The position numbers and the translations under genes were made by a program. Below are positions 16,084 to 25,016 of a stretch of 64,000 nucleotides of DNA, piece by piece (position 1 is the stretch's first letter; each line of letters starts with the position of its first letter). The notes beneath the pieces are model-generated. The model was given only the letters and a program-made list of their open reading frames with translations. It was not told the DNA's origin and did no database searches. The stretch is from Nitrosomonadales bacterium (GTDB lineage: Bacteria > Pseudomonadota > Gammaproteobacteria > Burkholderiales > SG8-39), in contig SBAS01000054.1 of assembly GCA_005240145.1 (NCBI GenBank), positions 5,234-69,233 on the forward strand, read 5' to 3'.

Positions 16084-16337
16084 TTGCGCCAGAGGCGCCG
16101 GAACATCGCTCTCACCGCGGCGTCCATCTCCTCAGGCGACTTCGCCGGCCCGTCGTACTTCAGCATGCCGCAGACGTCCTCGATCCGAGTGTGCGGAAAC
16201 GGGGTGAGGGGCCGCAGCAGGATACCCTCGACGGTATCCTCGACCGCGAAACGCGCACCGGCCTTCAGCTTGCGCGCGGCCCGGATTGCGCTGGGCAGCA
16301 CGACCTGGCCCTTGCTGGAGAGTTTCGTGGTGTCCAT
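16080..16337 (-). CDS. AbrB/MazE/SpoVT-type antitoxin
   Basis: Internal ATG (MDTTKLSSKGQVVLPSAIRAARKLKAGARF...) of track ORF 16080..16367. Classic SpoVT-AbrB swapped-hairpin motif. Confidence 0.85.
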   Translation of the reverse strand: MDTTKLSSKGQVVLPSAIRAARKLKAGARFAVEDTVEGILLRPLTPFPHTRIEDVCGMLKYDGPAKSPEEMDAAVRAMFRRLWRK

Positions 16338-16357
16338 GGCTCGGCGCCCCGGCAATG

Positions 16358-16385
16358 AGTAAGACAAAAGTAAGACATGCTACCA
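16358..16385. promoter_or_regulatory. Direct repeats AGTAAGAC-AAA-AGTAAGAC next to a TGnTAGCAT extended -10-like element (minus strand) upstream of the AbrB-type antitoxin
   Basis: Two perfect 8-mers spaced 11 nt start-to-start (16358-16365 and 16369-16376). On the minus strand, TGGTAGCAT (16377-16385) sits immediately upstream of them. Confidence 0.4.
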
Positions 16386-16419
16386 GATTCCGGCGCCGCC
16401 TGGCGCGGGCGAAGGCAGA

Positions 16420-17925
16420 TCACCCCAACGTCGGCATATTCAACCCCGGCGCGGGAGTGTCCTGGTGTGGCCAGCGCGTGGTGACGACCTTGGTACGGGT
16501 GTAGAACTTGACCCCCTCCATGCCGTGCACGTGCAGGTCGCCGAAGAGCGAATTCTTCCAGCCGCCGAAGGAATAGAACGCCACCGGCACCGGGATGGGC
16601 ACATTGACGCCGACCATGCCGACCTGGACTTCGTTCTCGAAACGCCGCGCGGCACCGCCCGATGCGGTGAAAATCGCCGTCCCGTTTGCGTAAGGGTTGG
16701 AATTTATTATTTCTATTGCTTCTTCGATGCTATCTGCGCGCAACACGACTAGAACAGGACCGAAAATCTCATTCCGGTAGATTTCCATTTCGGTTGTGAC
16801 CTTGTCAAACAGCGTGGTGCCGACGAAGTAGCCTTCCTGCATCCCTGTCTTGCGGCCGTCGAGCACCAGCTTCGCTTTCTCGGCAATGCCTTTTTCCACG
16901 AAACCCAGGACTTTGTCCCGGTGCTCACCGGTGATGAGCGGCCCCATCTCCACGCCGTCCCTGTCTCCCGGACCGACGACTATTTTCTTTGCCTTCTGTT
17001 CGAGCAATTTCACCAACGGATCCGCCGCGCTTCCCACCGCGACCACGGCCGAGATGGCCATGCAGCGCTCGCCCGCCGAGCCGTAGGCCGCGCCGATCAG
17101 CGCGTCGGCTGTGAACTCCATATCCGCATCGGGCAGCACCACGGCGTGGTTCTTCGCCCCACCGAGCGCCTGGACGCGCTTGCCGCTCTTCGCGCAGGTC
17201 TCGTAGATGTATTTCGCGATCGGCGTCGAGCCGACGAACGAAACGGCGTGGATCCCGGAGTGATTCAGGATCGCGTCAACCGCGGCCTTGTCGCCGTGCA
17301 CGACGTTGAACACGCCGTCGGGCAGTCCGGCTTCCTTTAACAGTTCCGCCATGCGGATCGAAGCCGAAGGCACTTTCTCCGAGGGCTTGAGGATGAAGGT
17401 ATTGCCGCAGGCGATCGCCATCGGGAACATCCACAGCGGCACCATCGCCGGGAAATTAAACGGCGTGATGCCGGCGCACACGCCCACGGGCTGGCGCAGG
17501 GTGTGGGTGTCCACCGCGGTGCCGACGTTCTCCGAGTATTCGCCCTTGAGGAGCTGCGGAATGCCGCAGGCGAACTCGACCACTTCCATGCCGCGCTGCA
17601 CCGAACCCATGGCATCGGGCAGTGTCTTGCCATGTTCTTCGGTGATCAGCACCGCCAGCTGTTTTTGATTTTGTTGCAGTAAGGCTAAAAATTTCTGCAT
17701 CACGCGGGCACGTCGCAATATCGACGCATCTCGCCATTCGGGCAGCGCGGCCGCAGCGGCCTTGACCGCTGCGTCGATGACCGAGACGTCGCAATACGGC
17801 ACCCGCTTCGTCACCTGGCCGGTGGCGGGGTTGTACACCTCTCCCATGCGAGCCTGCGGCACCACGGCCTTGCCGTTGATCCAGACTGGTACGGTAGCGA
17901 GCTTCAGTTCGGCGGGCTTGTTCAT
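16420..17925 (-). CDS. mmsA: CoA-acylating methylmalonate-semialdehyde dehydrogenase
   Basis: 501 aa. ITPFNFPAMVPLWMFP, FVGSTPIAKYIY, ERCMA (catalytic Cys) and FYSFGGWKNSLFGD are hallmark MMSDH motifs. Confidence 0.9.
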   Translation of the reverse strand: MNKPAELKLATVPVWINGKAVVPQARMGEVYNPATGQVTKRVPYCDVSVIDAAVKAAAAALPEWRDASILRRARVMQKFLALLQQNQKQLAVLITEEHGKTLPDAMGSVQRGMEVVEFACGIPQLLKGEYSENVGTAVDTHTLRQPVGVCAGITPFNFPAMVPLWMFPMAIACGNTFILKPSEKVPSASIRMAELLKEAGLPDGVFNVVHGDKAAVDAILNHSGIHAVSFVGSTPIAKYIYETCAKSGKRVQALGGAKNHAVVLPDADMEFTADALIGAAYGSAGERCMAISAVVAVGSAADPLVKLLEQKAKKIVVGPGDRDGVEMGPLITGEHRDKVLGFVEKGIAEKAKLVLDGRKTGMQEGYFVGTTLFDKVTTEMEIYRNEIFGPVLVVLRADSIEEAIEIINSNPYANGTAIFTASGGAARRFENEVQVGMVGVNVPIPVPVAFYSFGGWKNSLFGDLHVHGMEGVKFYTRTKVVTTRWPHQDTPAPGLNMPTLG

Positions 17926-18896
17926 AGCGTTTCCTTAAGCTTTTCTCCTGCCCCTATTGTTGCAGTGAAGGCCGCGCGCGTCACTGCCTTTTCGCTTTCC
18001 GTCAGCGCGAGCAGCGGCCGGCGCACGCTGCCACCGGCCTGCCCGAGCAGCTCCTGCCAGTATTTCTGGTGCGCGGCAGCTTTTCCCGGAGGGCGCGTCG
18101 ATTTCAGGGCGCGCCGTACCGGATCGAGGCTCGCGTGCACCGCGCGTGCTTGCGCAGCTTCGCCGCGAAACGCGAGCTCGGTGTACTCGTGCATGCGGCG
18201 GTCGGTCGCCGTTTGCAGCAGGTACGGCGGCGTGGAACACAGGTACACCTGCCAGCCGAGCTCGAGGATGTTGTCGAGCCACTCCTCCTCGTTCGAGGTG
18301 CTGACGATGAGGCGCTCGCCCGCCATGCGCGTCAGCGCGGCATAGGTCTCGCGCGGCACGCTGTACTTGATCGCGACCACGTTCGGGATCTCCGCGAGGC
18401 GCAGGCACAACTCGGGCTTGAGCAGGTAGCCGCAATCGGGCGGCTGGTTCCACAGCACCACGCCGATGTCCACCTGCGCCGCGATGTGGCGGTAGTATTC
18501 GTAGAGCGTGTCGTCGCTGTGCGCGCCAAAGTAGAGGAGCGGCGTGTGCACGACGATGTGGCCGGCGCCGATGGCCTGCGCGTGTTTCGCCAGCTCCGCC
18601 ACCGTGTCCATGCTCTGGTCGGAGCAGGACACCATGACGCCGGCTTTGAACGCGGCGGCTTCTTCGACCGCGATCTGCGCCGTGCGCTTGCGTTCCGCCA
18701 TCGTCATCGAGCCGAATTCGCCCTGCTTGCCATTCACGAACAAGCCCCGGATGCCGAGCGGCCCATACCAGTGCCGCAGGTTGCGCCGCCAGCCCTCCTC
18801 GTCCAGCGAAAGATCGGCGTGAAACGGCGTCAGCGTCGCCGCCCAGATGCCGCGCAATTTCTCACGCGCTGTCGCCTTTGCTTTGCTTTGCGTCAT
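17922..18896 (-). CDS. Dihydrodipicolinate synthase/N-acetylneuraminate lyase family (class I aldolase-like) protein
   Basis: Internal ATG (MTQSKAKA...) of track ORF 17922..19337. ATGA overlaps occur at both ends (with nbaC and mmsA). VNGKQGEFGSMTMAER and VVAIKYS (Schiff-base Lys) motifs. Confidence 0.8.
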   Translation of the reverse strand: MTQSKAKATAREKLRGIWAATLTPFHADLSLDEEGWRRNLRHWYGPLGIRGLFVNGKQGEFGSMTMAERKRTAQIAVEEAAAFKAGVMVSCSDQSMDTVAELAKHAQAIGAGHIVVHTPLLYFGAHSDDTLYEYYRHIAAQVDIGVVLWNQPPDCGYLLKPELCLRLAEIPNVVAIKYSVPRETYAALTRMAGERLIVSTSNEEEWLDNILELGWQVYLCSTPPYLLQTATDRRMHEYTELAFRGEAAQARAVHASLDPVRRALKSTRPPGKAAAHQKYWQELLGQAGGSVRRPLLALTESEKAVTRAAFTATIGAGEKLKETL

Positions 18897-19441
18897 TTGC
18901 CCGGGTGCAGCGTACCGCAGCGCTTGCAGGTGCGGCGCGCGGTGTCGGCGTGGAAGGCGTCGAAGGCTTTGGGCAGCGCCGTGCCGAGGTCGGCGACGTG
19001 CGCCTCGACCCGGTGCAGCAGTTGGTGGCAGTTGGCGCAGAACCACTCGAAGCCATCGAGCAGGTTTGCGGGCCGCGTACGCTCCACCAGCAGGCACAGG
19101 CTCCCGGCTTCGGGCCGCTGCGGCGAATGGCGCACGTGCGGCGGCAGGAGGAAAATTGCGCCCTCCTCGAGGTCCACGCGCCGCGGACCTTCCGCGGTCA
19201 TGATCGACAGGTAGGCGTTGCCCTTGAACTGGTAGAAAAGTTCCTCGAGCGGATCGTCGTGGTAATCGTGCCGCCGGTTCGGCCCGCCGACCACCGAGAC
19301 GATGAAGTCGGTGTCCTGCCAGAGCTGCTGGATGCACACCGGCGGCTGCAGCTTGTCCTTGCGTTCCTCGATCCAGGCGTCGAACCGGATCGCCTTGAGG
19401 ATGCCGTGGAGGTTGATGGGTTTGTGGAATTCGGCTGACAT
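18893..19441 (-). CDS. nbaC: 3-hydroxyanthranilate 3,4-dioxygenase
   Basis: Internal ATG (MSAEFHKP...). GGPNRRHDYHDDPLEELFYQFKGNAYL, LLPPHVRHSPQRPEAGS, and a C-terminal CxxC...CxxC rubredoxin-like site (FCANCH...CKRCG). Confidence 0.9.
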   Translation of the reverse strand: MSAEFHKPINLHGILKAIRFDAWIEERKDKLQPPVCIQQLWQDTDFIVSVVGGPNRRHDYHDDPLEELFYQFKGNAYLSIMTAEGPRRVDLEEGAIFLLPPHVRHSPQRPEAGSLCLLVERTRPANLLDGFEWFCANCHQLLHRVEAHVADLGTALPKAFDAFHADTARRTCKRCGTLHPGK

Positions 19442-19491
19442 CCGCTGCGCTCCGACTGGGTCAGGCGACAGTCTAGCCTGACAATAACGGG

Positions 19492-21291
19492 GTGAGCGCC
19501 CCACTGGTCCCCGCCCGCCTCGCCTTCGCCGCCGGCGGCACGCCGTATTCGGCGGCCTATGACGACGTGTACCACAGCGCCGAAGGCGGCCTCGCGCAGG
19601 CGCAGCACGTATTCCTGCAGGGCAACGGCCTGCCCGAACGCTGGCGCGGGCGGCGCCAGTTCACGATCCTCGAAACCGGTTTCGGTTTCGGGCTCTCCTT
19701 TCTCGCCACCTGGCGCGCCTGGCGCGACGATCCGCAGCGCTCTGAGCGCCTGCATTTTGTTTCAATCGAGAAGCATCCATTCCAAGCTGGCGATCTCGCC
19801 GTTCTTCTCAAGGAATTTCCCGACCTGAACGACAAATTCATTTCCCAATGGCCTGTTCTCGTCCCGGGAATGCATCGCCTGGAATTGGAAAACGGCAAAG
19901 TCATCCTGACGCTGTTTCTCGGCGACGTCGCGGACGGACTGCCGCAACTGTCGCTCGCGGCGGACGCCATCTTCCTCGACGGCTTCGCGCCGGCGAAGAA
20001 TCCGGCGATGTGGGAACCGCGCCTCCTGCGCCACCTCGGCAGGCTCGCCGCGCCCGGCGCCACGCTCGCGACCTGGAGCGTTGCGGCTGCAGTGCGATCG
20101 GCGCTGGAAGGGGCTGGATTTGCGGTTGAGAAAGTCGCCGGGTTTGGAACAAAGAAAGAGATGTTGCGTGGACGTATCGCCAGGAACGTACGAACAAACT
20201 TCATTCAACCCACGTCATCCGCTATCGTCATCGGCGCGGGTGTGGCCGGCGCGGCGGTGTCCGAACGCCTCGCGTCCCGCGGCTGGAATGTCACAGTCAT
20301 CGAACGGCACGGCGGACCTGCGGAGGAAGCCTCCGGCAATCCGGCCGGGATCTTCCACCCCATCGTCTCGCCGGACGACAGCCGGTTCGCCCGATTCACG
20401 CGCGCCTCGTTTCTTTTCCTGCTGCATCACTGGGGAAATCTCGACCGCCTGGAATGGCAGCGCTGCGGCGTGCTGCAGCTTGCGCGCGACGCAAGGGAAC
20501 GCGAATCGCAGCAGCGCGCGCTGGCGACGCTCGGCTACCCGGCGCGCTACGCGCAGTTCGACGCCGCGAAGGGCGGTATCTGGTTTCCTGAAGCCGGCTG
20601 GGTCAAGCCGCGCAAGCTTGTTGAATGTTTGCTTTCCCGTGTTGAATTGCAGAAGCATTTCGAACGGGAAGTTGCTTCTCTTTCCCGTGAAGGAAACGAT
20701 TGGAATGCGAAGGACAACCAGGGCAAAGTCATTGCTTCCGCCCCTGTCGTCGTGCTTGCCAACGCGGCGGATGCCCTGCGCCTCTCGCCTCAACCCGAGG
20801 TCAGGCTGCGGTGCATTCGCGGCCAGTTGACGCTGGTACCGGCGATCGCGGGACTCGATCATGTCCTGCTGCGCGGCGGCATGGTGCTGCCCGGCATCGA
20901 CGGCGTCTCGCTCGCAGGCGCGAGCTACGACATCGACGACGAGGACCCGCAACTGCGCACGGACAGCCACGCGGGAAACCTGGAGCGGCTGGAACAAATA
21001 CTGCCGGGAGCGGCGCGCGGGCTGGATCTGGCGAAGCTGGACGGCCGCGTCGCGTTCCGCGCCGTGGTGCGCGACCGGCTGCCGATGGTCGGGCCGTTGA
21101 GCGGCGGGTTGTTTGGTGCCTTCGCTTACGGTTCGCGCGGCTTGCTCTGGGCGAGTCTGGCGGGAGAAATCATTGCCAGCATGCTCGAAGGCGAACCGCT
21201 GCCCGTAGAGAGAAATCTTGCGGCTGCGGTTGATCCCGGGCGCTTCGCGCTCAGGGCGGCCAGAAAAAGAGTTACCAGCGCTCCAGCTTGA
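19492..21291 (+). CDS. mnmC: Bifunctional tRNA 5-methylaminomethyl-2-thiouridine biosynthesis protein MnmC
   Basis: 599 aa with a GTG start. N-terminal methyltransferase domain (FTILETGFGFGLSF, IFLDGFAPAKNP) and C-terminal FAD oxidoreductase domain (IVIGAGVAGAAV). Confidence 0.9.
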   Translation: MSAPLVPARLAFAAGGTPYSAAYDDVYHSAEGGLAQAQHVFLQGNGLPERWRGRRQFTILETGFGFGLSFLATWRAWRDDPQRSERLHFVSIEKHPFQAGDLAVLLKEFPDLNDKFISQWPVLVPGMHRLELENGKVILTLFLGDVADGLPQLSLAADAIFLDGFAPAKNPAMWEPRLLRHLGRLAAPGATLATWSVAAAVRSALEGAGFAVEKVAGFGTKKEMLRGRIARNVRTNFIQPTSSAIVIGAGVAGAAVSERLASRGWNVTVIERHGGPAEEASGNPAGIFHPIVSPDDSRFARFTRASFLFLLHHWGNLDRLEWQRCGVLQLARDARERESQQRALATLGYPARYAQFDAAKGGIWFPEAGWVKPRKLVECLLSRVELQKHFEREVASLSREGNDWNAKDNQGKVIASAPVVVLANAADALRLSPQPEVRLRCIRGQLTLVPAIAGLDHVLLRGGMVLPGIDGVSLAGASYDIDDEDPQLRTDSHAGNLERLEQILPGAARGLDLAKLDGRVAFRAVVRDRLPMVGPLSGGLFGAFAYGSRGLLWASLAGEIIASMLEGEPLPVERNLAAAVDPGRFALRAARKRVTSAPA

Positions 21292-22177
21292 TGTCGTCGT
21301 AGGACGCGGGCTGCGAGATCGGCTCGATGTGGGTGAGCGTGATTGCGTTCGGGATCAGCGAGCGGATGCGTTCCTCGATTTCCTCGGAGAGCTGGTGCGC
21401 GCGGTCCACCGGCCAGGCATCGGGCACCAGCAGGTGGAAGGAGATGAAGCGCCGCGCGCCGGCCTGGCGCGTGAGAAGGGCGTGGAAATCGATGCCGTAG
21501 CGCGGTCGGTATTCGGCGAAGATCTTCTCGATCGTCGCGCGCTCGGCTTCGGGAATCGCCGCATCGAGCAGGCCCGAGAAGGAGCGGCGCATCAGCACCG
21601 CTCCGGTCCAGACGATGTGGATTGCCACCGCAAGCGCGACCAGCGCATCGAGTATCAGCCACCCGGTGGCCGCCACCAGCGCCACGCCGGCAATGACGCC
21701 GGCCGAGGTCCAGACGTCGCTCATGAGGTGGCGGCCGTCGGCCTCCAGCGCGATGCTGTGCATGCGCTGACCCGCCTTGATGAGGAGCAGGCCGATGCCC
21801 AGGTTGATCACGCTCGCCGCCGCCGACAGCGCGATGCCGAGCAGCGGCGCCTCGATTGGCTGTGGCGAAGTGAGCCGCGGCACGGCGGCGTAGGCGATGC
21901 TGACAGCGGCGAAGACGATGAGGGCGCCCTCGATGCCGCTCGCGACGTACTCGGCCTTGAAACGCCCGTAGGGGTGCGCCGCGTCGGGCGGCGCGGCGGC
22001 GAGGCGCAGCATCGACAGCGCGAGCAGCGCCGCGGCGAGGTTGATCAGCGATTCGAGTGCGTCCGAGAGCAGTCCCACCGAGCCGGTGGCCTGCCAGGCC
22101 AGCGTCTTGAGCGCCAGCGTGGCAAGTGCCGCGGCGACGGAGAACCAGGCGTAGTGCTCGAGCGGGCGCTCGGCCAC
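21272..22177 (-). CDS. Cation diffusion facilitator family transporter
   Basis: 301 aa. GSVGLLSDALESLINL, HPYGRFKAEY, six TM helices and a C-terminal cytoplasmic domain. The 3' end overlaps mnmC by 20 nt (convergent). Confidence 0.85.
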   Translation of the reverse strand: MAERPLEHYAWFSVAAALATLALKTLAWQATGSVGLLSDALESLINLAAALLALSMLRLAAAPPDAAHPYGRFKAEYVASGIEGALIVFAAVSIAYAAVPRLTSPQPIEAPLLGIALSAAASVINLGIGLLLIKAGQRMHSIALEADGRHLMSDVWTSAGVIAGVALVAATGWLILDALVALAVAIHIVWTGAVLMRRSFSGLLDAAIPEAERATIEKIFAEYRPRYGIDFHALLTRQAGARRFISFHLLVPDAWPVDRAHQLSEEIEERIRSLIPNAITLTHIEPISQPASYDDIKLERW

Positions 22178-22183
22178 GCGCGC

Positions 22184-23323
22184 CTAGCCTGTCCGCAGGA
22201 TCGCGGGGCTTGCCTCCATCACATCCTTCAGCCCGCACAGGGCCATCGTCACGTCGAGCTCCTTCTGGATGATCTCCAGCGCCTGCGTCACGCCGGCTTC
22301 ACCGCGCGCGCCCAGGCCCCAGGCGAAGGCCTTGCCGATCATGGTCCCCTTCGCCCCCAGCGCCAGCGCCCGCAGCACGTCCTTTCCGGACTGGATGCCG
22401 CCGTCGAGGAGCACCTCGACCTTGTCGCCGACCGCCTGCACGATTTCCGGCAGCGCACGGATCGAGGACACCGTACCGTCGAGTTGCCGCCCGCCGTGGT
22501 TGGAGACCACGATGGCGTCCGCCCCCGCGGCCGCGGCCAACTTCGCATCCTCCACATCGAGGATGCCCTTGAGTATCAGCTTGCCGCCCCAGCGCTCCTT
22601 CACCCAGGCAACGTCGTTCCAGCTCAAGGTCGGGTCGAACTGGCCCGCGATCCACTGCGACAGCGTCAGCAGGTTGTCGGCGCCCTTGATCTGCCCTTCG
22701 AGGTTGCCGAACGATTTTCTTTTGCTTTGCAATACATTGAACGTCCAGGAAGGCTTGCAAAGCACATCGAAAAGATTCGCCAGCGTCAGCTGCGGTGGCA
22801 CGGTAAGGCCGTTCTTGATGTCGCGGTGGCGCTGGCCCTGGATCTGCAGGTCGAGCGTGAGCACCAGCGCGGAGCACTTCGCCGCCTTGGCGCGGTCGAT
22901 GAGCGAGGCGGCGAAGCCGCGGTCGCGAAAGACATAGAGCTGGAACCAGAACGGCTTCTGCACGGCGCCCGCCACGTCCTCGATGGAGCAGATCGACATG
23001 GTGGAAAGCGTGAAAGGAATGCCGAATTTCTCCGCCGCGCGCGCGCCAAGGATTTCGCCGTCGGCCCAGTTCAGGCCGGTGAGGCCGACCGGCGCGATCG
23101 CCACCGGCATGGTGATTTCCTGCCCGAGCATGCGGCTGCGGGTGGAACGATGGTCGACGTTGATCGCCACGCGCTGGCGGAATTTGAGCGCGTCGAGGTC
23201 GTTTTTGTTCGCCGCGAGCGTGCCTTCGTCGTAGGAACCGCGATCGACATACTCGAAGATCGCTTTTGCCACGCGCTTTTTCGCCAACAGGCGCAGATCT
23301 TCGATATTGGTGATCACCGGCAT
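22184..23323 (-). CDS. FMN-dependent alpha-hydroxy-acid oxidase/dehydrogenase (LldD-like)
   Basis: 379 aa. PFWFQLY, LTLD, VVSNHGGRQLDG, LLDGGIQSGKDV signatures. Confidence 0.85.
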   Translation of the reverse strand: MPVITNIEDLRLLAKKRVAKAIFEYVDRGSYDEGTLAANKNDLDALKFRQRVAINVDHRSTRSRMLGQEITMPVAIAPVGLTGLNWADGEILGARAAEKFGIPFTLSTMSICSIEDVAGAVQKPFWFQLYVFRDRGFAASLIDRAKAAKCSALVLTLDLQIQGQRHRDIKNGLTVPPQLTLANLFDVLCKPSWTFNVLQSKRKSFGNLEGQIKGADNLLTLSQWIAGQFDPTLSWNDVAWVKERWGGKLILKGILDVEDAKLAAAAGADAIVVSNHGGRQLDGTVSSIRALPEIVQAVGDKVEVLLDGGIQSGKDVLRALALGAKGTMIGKAFAWGLGARGEAGVTQALEIIQKELDVTMALCGLKDVMEASPAILRTG

Positions 23324-23331
23324 GGGTCCCA

Positions 23332-24159
23332 GTGTTTCACATCGTGGGATACAATGCCACCCCCGTGCCAGCCGCCAAGAGCGAACAGAAGAACCCGATC
23401 CAGGTCATCGCGCGCATGATGAAGCTGCTCGACGTGCTCGCCGCGCATCCGGAGCCCCTGGGCCTGAAGCAGGTCGCGCAGTACACCGGCCTGCACCCTT
23501 CCACCGCGCACCGCATCCTTTCGGCGATGTCGGCGGACCGCATCGTCGACCGCGTCGAGCCGGGCAGCTACCGCCTCGGCATGCATCTATTGGAGCTGGG
23601 CAACCTCGTCAAGTCGCGCATCAACGTGCGCGAGATGGCGCTGCCGGTAATGCGCGAACTGCACGCCCAGATCGGCGAAACCGTCAACCTCTCGGTGCGC
23701 CACGACGACGAGATCGTCTATGTCGAGCGCACTTCCTCGGGCCGTTCGGCGATGCGCGTGGTGCACGTCATCGGCGCGCGCGCCGCGCTGCACATCACCG
23801 CGGCGGGCAAACTGTTCCTGCTCGAGGAAGGTTTCGCGAAATTGCGCGAGTATGCCAAGCGCACGGGACTGGCCGCGCATACAAAGAACACGCTCAGCAC
23901 CCTGCCGCTCCTTGAGCGCGAACTCGAGCGCATCCAGCGCCAAGGCTGGGCCACCGATGCCGAAGAGGCCAAACTGGGCGTGCGCTGCGTCGCGGCGGCG
24001 GTGCGCGACGATGCCGGCGTGCTCATCGCGGCGCTGTCGATCTCCTCGCCCGCCGAGCGCATGAAGCCGACCTGGGGGCCGCTGGTGAAGGAATCGGCCG
24101 AGCGCATCGGACACGCCGTCGGCCACCGCAAGGACGGCACGCGGATTGGGGCGGCTTAA
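23332..24159 (+). CDS. IclR family transcriptional regulator
   Basis: IQVIARMMKLLDVLAAHPEPLGLKQVAQYTGLHPSTAHRILSAM wHTH plus an IclR effector domain. The start is uncertain: in-frame GTGs lie at 23332, 23344 and 23365, and 23332 would leave only 8 nt to the divergent gene. Confidence 0.85.
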   Translation: MFHIVGYNATPVPAAKSEQKNPIQVIARMMKLLDVLAAHPEPLGLKQVAQYTGLHPSTAHRILSAMSADRIVDRVEPGSYRLGMHLLELGNLVKSRINVREMALPVMRELHAQIGETVNLSVRHDDEIVYVERTSSGRSAMRVVHVIGARAALHITAAGKLFLLEEGFAKLREYAKRTGLAAHTKNTLSTLPLLERELERIQRQGWATDAEEAKLGVRCVAAAVRDDAGVLIAALSISSPAERMKPTWGPLVKESAERIGHAVGHRKDGTRIGAA

Positions 24160-24261
24160 GTCCTTACCAGTCTTGGCGTGTTCAGACACTTCGGTTGATT
24201 CGCCAGCACTGTTCGGTCATGTCGGTTGTGAACATCCGCATCGTCGGCAGATTTGCCTACT

Positions 24262-24645
24262 ATGTCGCATCCGACATACACTCCCGACGCGCGGAAAGCT
24301 GACAAGCCGCTCGTGTGGCTGCACGGCGAGGTGAAATCCCCGCCGTTTTCGCCCGCCGCGCGCATCGAGGCAGGCGTGCTACTGCGGCGTCTGCAGCGCA
24401 GCGAGCTGCTCGCCTTGCCGCATAGCCGTCCTATGCCGGGTATCGGCAAGGGCTGCCACGAATTGCGGCTTGTCGATGAGACGCGCACCTGGCGAATCGT
24501 ATACGGCATTCAGGCCGAAGCGATCGTGATTCTGGAAGTGTTTTCGAAGACTACGCGGGCGACCCCGGTCGCCATTCTGCGGATCTGCCGCAAACGCCTG
24601 GAGCAGTACCGGTTGGCTTTACTGGGAAAGGAGTCGAAACGATGA
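24262..24645 (+). CDS. higB: HigB/Gp49-like (RelE/ParE superfamily) toxin
   Basis: ATG at 24262 (the track ORF starts at a TTG at 24253). HELRLVDETRTWRIVYGIQAEAIVILEVFSKTT is the typical DUF891/Gp49 pattern. ATGA overlap with the downstream HTH gene. Confidence 0.8.
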   Translation: MSHPTYTPDARKADKPLVWLHGEVKSPPFSPAARIEAGVLLRRLQRSELLALPHSRPMPGIGKGCHELRLVDETRTWRIVYGIQAEAIVILEVFSKTTRATPVAILRICRKRLEQYRLALLGKESKR

Positions 24646-24959
24646 AAGCGAAGAAGCTGAAGCGCCTGCAAGCGGCGGGCTGGAAGTCCGGCTCGGCGGC
24701 GGAATTTCTCGGGCTGAGCGAGCCTGAAGCGGCGCTGGTCGAGCTCAAGCTAGCGCTCGTGGACGCAGTGCGCAGGACACGCCAGAAGCGGGGCATGTCT
24801 CAGATCGACCTCGCGCAGCGAATGCACTCCAGCCAGTCGCGCATCGCCAAGATCGAGGCCGGCGACGCCAGCGTGTCGCTGGACCTGATTGTGCGGGCGC
24901 TCATCGCTGCCGGCGCAAGCCGCAAGGAAGTGGAGCAGGCGTTCGTCGCGATGGGCTAG
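24642..24959 (+). CDS. higA: XRE-family HTH antitoxin (HigA-like)
   Basis: 105 aa. RGMSQIDLAQRMHSSQSRIAKIEAG Cro/C1-type HTH. Confidence 0.85.
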   Translation: MKAKKLKRLQAAGWKSGSAAEFLGLSEPEAALVELKLALVDAVRRTRQKRGMSQIDLAQRMHSSQSRIAKIEAGDASVSLDLIVRALIAAGASRKEVEQAFVAMG

Positions 24960-25016
24960 GGACCAGATGCGAACGCTGTCTCGGGCGATAGCGCCGAAGT
25001 CTGCGCGCCATTTTCT

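Noticed and set aside
21218-23419. 733-aa ORF on the plus strand
   Set aside because: It is antisense to the CDF transporter and the lldD-like oxidase. It has no motifs and a shadow-like composition.
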